Source: an uncultured Rhodospirillaceae bacterium (GTDB taxonomy: Bacteria > Pseudomonadota > Alphaproteobacteria > UBA9219). Taken from it: DNA of 49,367 bases. The position numbers and the translations under genes were made by a program. Under the pieces are notes generated by a model. That model saw nothing but the letters and a program-made list of their open reading frames with translations, was not told the origin of the DNA and did no database searches. This document shows, in pieces, positions 44,047-49,367 of the stretch. Numbering within the stretch: the stretch's first letter is position 1; every line of letters starts with the position of its first letter. The DNA lies in contig CAYVBP010000003.1 in NCBI GenBank assembly GCA_964449155.1, forward strand, positions 1 through 49,367. The letters run 5' to 3'.

Positions 44047-45104
44047 CGGTCCTTAAGCCGAGCGAGATCGTCAACGGCTTCTATGCCGTCGCGCGTTAGT
44101 TTGTCGGCAATATCGGCGGGAAGGTTTTGCAGACATGCCGTTGTCGTCATGACGGGCGCTTTCGACGCCAGATAGCAACATAGGCTTAGCGTGTCCGCAT
44201 ATCCGCGCAAAAGGGACTGGGCAAAGTCGATGTCGATAAAAGGAAAAAACAAGCACCGCGCTTTTTCGGAAAGCTTGATGTGTTCAAGGCCTTGAAGTCC
44301 GGGCACCTGATAAAAATGCGTAACGATGTCAGCTTTTGACATGTTTGTCAGCGGTTCGGCAAGATTCTTCCAGTCGGGATCGAGAATGTAGGTTGCGGTT
44401 ATTCCTTTTTCTTTCAATTCTTCAGCAAAGCGTTTGACCTCCGGCCACGGAACGCACTTGCCCCCAAGCGCGACGAGAACCCCCGGCGCGTCGCCTTCGG
44501 GAGCGAAGGGAAGAGAGGCTGGCTTTTGCTTGGCTTCTTCAAAGGCAGCCAAGGCTGGATGCGTTTGGCCGTCTATGGCTGCGCGTAGGCCAGACGCCAT
44601 TTCCTTAACGTCGATCATGCGGCCAAAGCCCTTATCGCCGCAAGCCATAGGGCCTTTGGTGGGGCCGAGGAACGTTGCGCCCGTTGCCGCTAACGCTTCG
44701 CAGTTTCTGCGGATTGCAGGGCGTTCCCACATTTTGTAATTCATGGCGGGCGCAAGGAAAAGGCGGCTTCCTTTGCGCGCCGCATCAAGGACGGCATGCG
44801 CCAGATCCGAAGCGTCGAAGGCAAGGCGGCTTATAAACCCGGCGCTTGCGGGGGCGACAAGGATGGCCTTTGCGGCGCAAAGCGCCTTCGTTTTTGATTC
44901 AAGGTCGTCGGCGTCGACGAGGACCGGGTGGCCTGACGCTTGTTCCGCTTGGGCGGGAGAAACCCATTTCCATTGTTCGGGCGCGCGAGTCAGAAGAACT
45001 GAGACGTCAAAGCCTTCTTTGCGCAATGCGTCGATAAGATCAAGTGTTTTGGTGGCGGCGATGCTTCCGGTCACAAGCAACGCGACGTGCGTTTGATCTT
45101 TCAT
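44043..45104 (-). CDS. Tandem flavoprotein: CoaC-like phosphopantothenoylcysteine decarboxylase domain (aa 1-175) + second truncated CoaC-like repeat (aa ~205-353)
   Basis: Domain 1 has ALLVTGSIAATKT, APAMN (aa 118-122) and ACGDKGFGR (aa 154-162). Domain 2 has VLVALGGKCVPWPEVKRFAEELKEKGI and LEHIKLSEKARCLFFPF (His275). ATGA overlap with the downstream gene. It starts 8 nt after the rpiB stop. Confidence 0.75.
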   Translation of the reverse strand: MKDQTHVALLVTGSIAATKTLDLIDALRKEGFDVSVLLTRAPEQWKWVSPAQAEQASGHPVLVDADDLESKTKALCAAKAILVAPASAGFISRLAFDASDLAHAVLDAARKGSRLFLAPAMNYKMWERPAIRRNCEALAATGATFLGPTKGPMACGDKGFGRMIDVKEMASGLRAAIDGQTHPALAAFEEAKQKPASLPFAPEGDAPGVLVALGGKCVPWPEVKRFAEELKEKGITATYILDPDWKNLAEPLTNMSKADIVTHFYQVPGLQGLEHIKLSEKARCLFFPFIDIDFAQSLLRGYADTLSLCCYLASKAPVMTTTACLQNLPADIADKLTRDGIEAVDDLARLKDR

Positions 45105-45111
45105 CGAGGGA

Positions 45112-45561
45112 TTAAAGGCCTCCTAAAGCGGTCAATTTGTCGCAGCGATCTTTGTAGCGACCGCCCAGAAAATCCGTTGACAGAAACGTTTCGACGCAAT
45201 CAAGCGCGATTTCCTGTCCCACGATATGTGCGCCGAGCACGAGGACGTTCGCATCGTTATGTTGGCGGGCGAGGCGAACCATGGTTGAATTCAGGCACAA
45301 GGCCGCGCGAATATGGCTGTATCGGTTCGAGGTCATAGCCATAACCTGTCCCGTCCCGCAAATAAGGATCCCCATATGGGACGGATTTTCTTTAAGGTCG
45401 GCGGCGACTTTTGGGGCGAAATCGCCCGCGTCGCACCGGGTTTCATCGAAAGGGCCATAGTCCACAATGTCGATGCCGCGTTCCTTAAGGGCCGCGGAAA
45501 TCAATGATTTCAATGGGTAGCCGCGATGGTCCGAAGCTATGGCAATTTTTTTCTCAAGCAT
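45112..45561 (-). CDS. rpiB: Ribose-5-phosphate isomerase B
   Basis: KIAIASDHRGYPLK and ILICGTGQVMAMTSNRYSHIRAALC motifs. I prefer the start MLEKKIAI (45561). Confidence 0.85.
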   Translation of the reverse strand: MLEKKIAIASDHRGYPLKSLISAALKERGIDIVDYGPFDETRCDAGDFAPKVAADLKENPSHMGILICGTGQVMAMTSNRYSHIRAALCLNSTMVRLARQHNDANVLVLGAHIVGQEIALDCVETFLSTDFLGGRYKDRCDKLTALGGL

Positions 45562-45613
45562 GACTAACACCGAAAAAAGCAATAATACTGACAATACTCG
45601 ATAATTTTTATCT

Positions 45614-45628
45614 TTAAAAGCTCCTTAA
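45614..45628. promoter_or_regulatory. Perfect CtrA-type box TTAA-N7-TTAA in the rpiB/fliL divergent intergenic region
   Basis: TTAAAAGCTCCTTAA at 45614-45628, in a very AT-rich 107-bp gap. It ends 41 nt upstream of the fliL ATG. Confidence 0.45.
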
Positions 45629-45668
45629 ATAAAAAAAGGTAACCTAGAAAAATATATTAGAAAAAAAC

Positions 45669-46145
45669 ATGGCCCAGGATCGAGACATTCATAGTAAAGC
45701 CGAAGATCGCCGCCTGATATACTTTTATCTCGGCTGCGCGATCCTGTTTTTGATTCTGGCTTTTTCGAGCATCTATATCGCCAGCACGCGCACGGCCGAG
45801 CCACGGGATGTATTGCCATCTGTGCCGAAAGTTTCCGCAAGCACCAAGAACAAATCCTATGTGCGCATGCCCAGCATGAGCTTTTCAGTCGGCAATCAAT
45901 ATGCCACGCAAGTTGAAATGGACATTACGCTTGAGGTCGACAGTAAAGATGTCGACCTTATCAAAGGGCATATGCCCGAGATTATGGACAGGCTTAATTC
46001 TTTTTTCCCCAAAGTAAAATTCGATCAGCTTGATCGGCCTCGCGCAATGTTTTTGCTGCATAAGAACATGCTTTGGGAGATTAACAACGTCGTCAAGCCT
46101 GTCGAAGTTCGGGATCTTTTGCTGAAAAATCTTGTTATTATGTAG
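45669..46145 (+). CDS. fliL: Flagellar basal-body-associated protein FliL-like
   Basis: 158 aa with a single N-terminal TM (LIYFYLGCAILFLILAFSSIYIA). The periplasmic domain fits the FliL pattern (YVRMPSMSFSV...VEMDITLEV...MPEIMDRLNSFF...VRDLLLKNLVIM). Confidence 0.65.
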   Translation: MAQDRDIHSKAEDRRLIYFYLGCAILFLILAFSSIYIASTRTAEPRDVLPSVPKVSASTKNKSYVRMPSMSFSVGNQYATQVEMDITLEVDSKDVDLIKGHMPEIMDRLNSFFPKVKFDQLDRPRAMFLLHKNMLWEINNVVKPVEVRDLLLKNLVIM

Positions 46146-46174
46146 CTTGTTTTTTCTGTGGTTCCTCCCCATGT
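46146..46174 (+). promoter_or_regulatory. Candidate sigma-32 (RpoH) heat-shock promoter of clpB
   Basis: CTTGTTT-N14-CCCCATGT, against the consensus CTTGAAA-N13-15-CCCCATNT. It lies 24 nt upstream of the ATG, with GGAGGAAG as the RBS. Confidence 0.5.
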
Positions 46175-46197
46175 TACCCTAAGCGGCGGAGGAAGCT

Positions 46198-48774
46198 ATG
46201 GATTTCGAGAACTATACCGAACGATCCCAAGGCGTCATTCAAGCGGCGCAAATGGTTGCCCTAAACAGGCATCACCAGCTGTTGCAACTCGATCATTTGC
46301 TTAAGGCGCTGCTTGACGACAAGGAAGGCATGGCGGCGAATTTAATTCGCGCGGCGGGCGGAGAGCCTCAGCAGGCTTTGCGCGCGGTCGAGACTGCGCT
46401 CGATAAAATTCCCCAAGTTTATGCGCGCGGCAGCGCCGATCAGTTGCGGCTTTCGCCGGAGTTCGCGCGGTTTCTCGGTTCTGTCGGCGACATCGCCCAA
46501 AAAGCGGGCGACAAGTATGTGACTGTCGAAAGAATGCTTTTGGGTCTTGCGCTTGCCGCCGACACCTCGGCGCAAAGGGCGCTGGCCTCTGCGGGGGTGA
46601 CTGCGGAAGCTCTTAATCGCGTCATCAACGAAACGCGCAAGGGCCGCACTGCTGACAGCCCGCAGGCCGAGCAAGGATACGACGCGCTGAAAAAGTACGC
46701 GCGAGATCTGACGCAGGCCGCGCGCGATGGCAAGCTTGATCCCGTTATCGGACGTGACGAGGAAATCCGCCGCACGATCCAAGTCTTGGCGCGGCGGACG
46801 AAGAATAACCCGGTTTTGATCGGCGAGCCCGGCGTGGGGAAGACGGCTATTGTCGAAGGCCTCGCGCAGCGCATCGTGCGCGGCGACGTGCCCGAAAGCC
46901 TGAAGGACAAAAAGCTTCTAGCTGTCGATCTCGGCGCGCTTGTCGCGGGCGCGAAGTTCAGGGGCGAATTCGAAGAACGTCTGAAGGCCGTTTTGCAGGA
47001 GATTTCCGCTGCCGCGGGAGAGGTTATCGTTTTTATCGACGAGCTTCACACGCTTGTCGGCGCGGGCAAGGCCGACGGATCGATGGACGCGTCGAACATG
47101 CTCAAGCCCGCGCTCGCGCGCGGCGAGTTGCATTGCGTGGGCGCGACAACGCTTGACGAATATCGGCAGTATATCGAAAAAGATGCGGCGTTGGCGCGGC
47201 GGTTTCAGCCCGTTTTCGTGACTCAGCCGACAGTCGCCGATACGATCTCCATCTTGCGCGGATTGAAGGAAAAATACGAGATGCACCACGGCGTGCGCAT
47301 CGCCGACGGCGCGATCGTCGCGGCGGCTACGCTGTCGAACCGCTATATTACGGACCGCTTCCTGCCCGACAAGGCTATTGATTTGATGGACGAAGCGGCA
47401 GCGCGCTTGCGCATGGAAGTGGACAGCAAGCCCGAGGAAATTGACGAGATCGACCGTAAGATCGTTCAGCTTAAGATTGAACGCGAAGCCTTAAAGAAAG
47501 AACAGGATGCCGCGTCAAAGGATCGGTTGGGCAATCTGGAAGACGAATTGACAAGCCTTGAGAAAGCCTCGGCCGATCTGACCGCGCGCTGGCGCGCCGA
47601 AAAGCAGCAGCTTGGTAGCGCCCAGAAGCTGAAGGAGGAAATCGACCATGCGCGCGCGGAGCTCGATCAGGCCCAGCGCCGGGGCGATTTTACGCGCGCG
47701 GGAGAACTGACCTACAGCATTATTCCGGGCTTGGAAAAGAAGCTCGAAGAGGCTCAGAAGCAATCCGAAAACGCGATGCTAGACGAGGTCGTAAAAGAGA
47801 CGGATATCGCGGCGGTCGTTAGCCGGTGGACAGGCATTCCCGTTGACAAGATGCTGGAAGGCGAACGCGAGAAGCTTCTTCAAATGGAATCGCACTTGCG
47901 CGAGCGCGTCATCGGGCAGGACGAAGCCGTTGTAGCCGTTTCGAATGCCGTGCGCCGCGCGCGCGCGGGTTTGCAAGATCCCAACAGGCCGATGGGGTCG
48001 TTCCTTTTCCTCGGGCCCACGGGCGTGGGCAAGACCGAGCTTACGAAAGCTTTGGCTCAATTTTTGTTCGACGACGAACAGGCGATGCAGCGCATCGACA
48101 TGTCCGAATACATGGAAAAGCATTCCGTCGCGCGGTTGATCGGCGCGCCGCCGGGGTATGTTGGATACGAAGAAGGCGGCGCCTTGACCGAAGCCGTGCG
48201 CCGTCGTCCCTATCAGGTTATTTTGTTCGACGAGGTCGAGAAGGCTCATGCGGACGTTTTTAACGTTTTGTTGCAGGTGTTGGACGAAGGCCGGTTGACG
48301 GACGGGCAGGGACGTGTCGTCGATTTCAGAAATACGCTGATCGTTCTGACGTCGAACCTCGGGTCCGATGCGATTGCGCAGGACGAGGGCGAAGATTTGT
48401 CGCCGCATACCCGCGACAGGGTCATGGATGCGGTACGCGCGCACTTCAGGCCCGAATTCTTAAATAGGCTCGATGAAATCCTTCTTTTCCGGAGGCTGTC
48501 GCGTGGCAATATGGAAGCGATTGTTGCCGTTCAGCTAAAAAATTTGCGGCGATTGCTCGAGGACCGGAAAATCAAGCTCGATATTGCGCCTGCGGCGCTC
48601 GATTGGCTGGCCGAGACCGGGTACGATCCTGTTTACGGCGCAAGGCCTTTGAAGCGCGTCATTCAGCGCACGCTGCAAAATCCGCTCGCGCAGGATATTC
48701 TTGCAGGCAAGATCAAGGACGGCCAGATGGTCAAGGTCGATGCCGGGCGCGAGGGGTTGGTTATCGGGGGGTAA
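46198..48774 (+). CDS. clpB: Chaperone disaggregase ClpB
   Basis: 858 aa. Clp_N domain, NBD1 Walker A GEPGVGKT, a long coiled-coil M-domain, NBD2 GPTGVGKT, and a sensor region [10 protein letters not shown]. Confidence 0.97.
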   Translation: MDFENYTERSQGVIQAAQMVALNRHHQLLQLDHLLKALLDDKEGMAANLIRAAGGEPQQALRAVETALDKIPQVYARGSADQLRLSPEFARFLGSVGDIAQKAGDKYVTVERMLLGLALAADTSAQRALASAGVTAEALNRVINETRKGRTADSPQAEQGYDALKKYARDLTQAARDGKLDPVIGRDEEIRRTIQVLARRTKNNPVLIGEPGVGKTAIVEGLAQRIVRGDVPESLKDKKLLAVDLGALVAGAKFRGEFEERLKAVLQEISAAAGEVIVFIDELHTLVGAGKADGSMDASNMLKPALARGELHCVGATTLDEYRQYIEKDAALARRFQPVFVTQPTVADTISILRGLKEKYEMHHGVRIADGAIVAAATLSNRYITDRFLPDKAIDLMDEAAARLRMEVDSKPEEIDEIDRKIVQLKIEREALKKEQDAASKDRLGNLEDELTSLEKASADLTARWRAEKQQLGSAQKLKEEIDHARAELDQAQRRGDFTRAGELTYSIIPGLEKKLEEAQKQSENAMLDEVVKETDIAAVVSRWTGIPVDKMLEGEREKLLQMESHLRERVIGQDEAVVAVSNAVRRARAGLQDPNRPMGSFLFLGPTGVGKTELTKALAQFLFDDEQAMQRIDMSEYMEKHSVARLIGAPPGYVGYEEGGALTEAVRRRPYQVILFDEVEKAHADVFNVLLQVLDEGRLTDGQGRVVDFRNTLIVLTSNLGSDAIAQDEGEDLSPHTRDRVMDAVRAHFRPEFLNRLDEILLFRRLSRGNMEAIVAVQLKNLRRLLEDRKIKLDIAPAALDWLAETGYDPVYGARPLKRVIQRTLQNPLAQDILAGKIKDGQMVKVDAGREGLVIGG

Positions 48775-48797
48775 AAGGGGTACTTGTACTGGTTAAG

Positions 48798-48828
48798 CTG
48801 AATCGAAAGACGTAAAGGGGACGCGGGG
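48798..48828. repeat. Possible degenerate remnant of the MITE-like element
   Basis: CTGAATCGAAAGACGTAAAGGGGACGCGGGG resembles the arm/core junction ATTGAATCGAAGGGACGCGGGGGACACA of copy 2 (reverse complement). The match is short and diverged. Confidence 0.3.
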
Positions 48829-48911
48829 TGCGTTAGGCTTTCTTCCCTTCTTGCGCCTTGCCTACAATCCCTCTATAACACCGCCATCGTAACTATTTGG
48901 AGTTTTTAACT

Positions 48912-49334
48912 ATGGCCATTGAACGGACGCTTTCCATTCTTAAGCCCGACGCAACACGTCGTAATCTGACCGGGAAAATTAACGCCATGTTCGAAGCGGC
49001 CGGTTTGCGCGTCGTCGCGCAGAAGCGGGTTCAGCTGACGCTCGAAGATGCGCAGCGCTTTTATGCTGTTCATGAGGCGCGACCTTTCTACAACGATCTT
49101 TGCGCATACATGTCGTCTGAACCTGTCGTTGTGCAGGTTTTGGAGGGCGAAAATGCAATCGCCAAAAACCGTGAAGTTATGGGCGCGACCAATCCCGCTA
49201 ACGCTGCTCCCGGAACGATCCGCAAGGAGTTCGCTCTGAGCGTTCAGGAAAACTCGGTCCACGGTTCGGACAGCAAGGAAAACGCAAAGATCGAAATTGC
49301 GTTCTTCTTTAAGCCCGAAGAGATCGTCGGATAA
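48912..49334 (+). CDS. ndk: Nucleoside diphosphate kinase
   Basis: [14 protein letters not shown] start and the NSVHGSDS active-site His motif. 140 aa from ATG 48912. Confidence 0.95.
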   Translation: MAIERTLSILKPDATRRNLTGKINAMFEAAGLRVVAQKRVQLTLEDAQRFYAVHEARPFYNDLCAYMSSEPVVVQVLEGENAIAKNREVMGATNPANAAPGTIRKEFALSVQENSVHGSDSKENAKIEIAFFFKPEEIVG

Positions 49335-49336
49335 TC

Positions 49337-49367
49337 TTATACCAATCCCGGATCGCAGTGAATCGAA
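49337..49367. repeat. MITE-like element, copy 4 (left arm only; cut by the window end)
   Basis: TTATACCAATCCCGGATCGCAGTGAATCGAA begins 3 nt after the ndk stop and matches the outer arm of copies 1 and 2. Confidence 0.75.

Noticed and set aside
6424-49367. Whether the dispersed repeats could be a CRISPR array or tandem array.
   Set aside because: The copies are 4-28 kb apart, in both orientations, and separated by ordinary genes. There is no regular repeat-spacer structure and there are no cas genes.

Overview
This window looks like chromosomal DNA from a flagellated alphaproteobacterium, judged from FliX/CheL/FlbY-type flagellar genes, a CtrA-type box and an H+-PPase. I count about 47 protein genes. 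I saw no rRNA, tRNA or CRISPR array by eye.

Gene content:
- Housekeeping: recG, recF, hppA, trmB, bpt, pmbA, aroE, coaE, rseP, ctpA, purH, prs, rplY, pth, dnaJ, dnaQ, rimI, gloB, rpiB, clpB, ndk. recG is missing from the supplied ORF track, but I verified its frame is open from 2076 to nt 1.
- Flagellar: flgI-cheL-flbY-fliK-flgD with a divergent fliX, plus an isolated fliL.
- Envelope glycosylation: a GT4 + PIG-L pair, GT9, GT25, and two tandem GT-C/GT87-like genes.

Most unusual observations:
1. An rpiB-linked gene pair in which both halves of CoaBC are internally duplicated (CoaC-CoaC' | CoaB'-CoaB). The two CoaC repeats have lost different catalytic motifs.
2. A paralogous pair of cysteine-rich proteins with signal peptides, placed after pth. 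I cannot assign them to any family.
3. A ~145-bp nested-palindrome MITE-like element at 6452, 17101, 21148 (truncated) and 49337 (cut by the window end), plus a remnant at 48798.
4. A second short palindromic repeat family at 2132-2240, with a solo arm at 35351.
5. A perfect inverted repeat inside an N-terminal extension of recF.
6. A six-gene, translationally coupled minus-strand operon headed by an atypical OmpR-type regulator.

All family assignments come from motifs read by eye. No searches were run.
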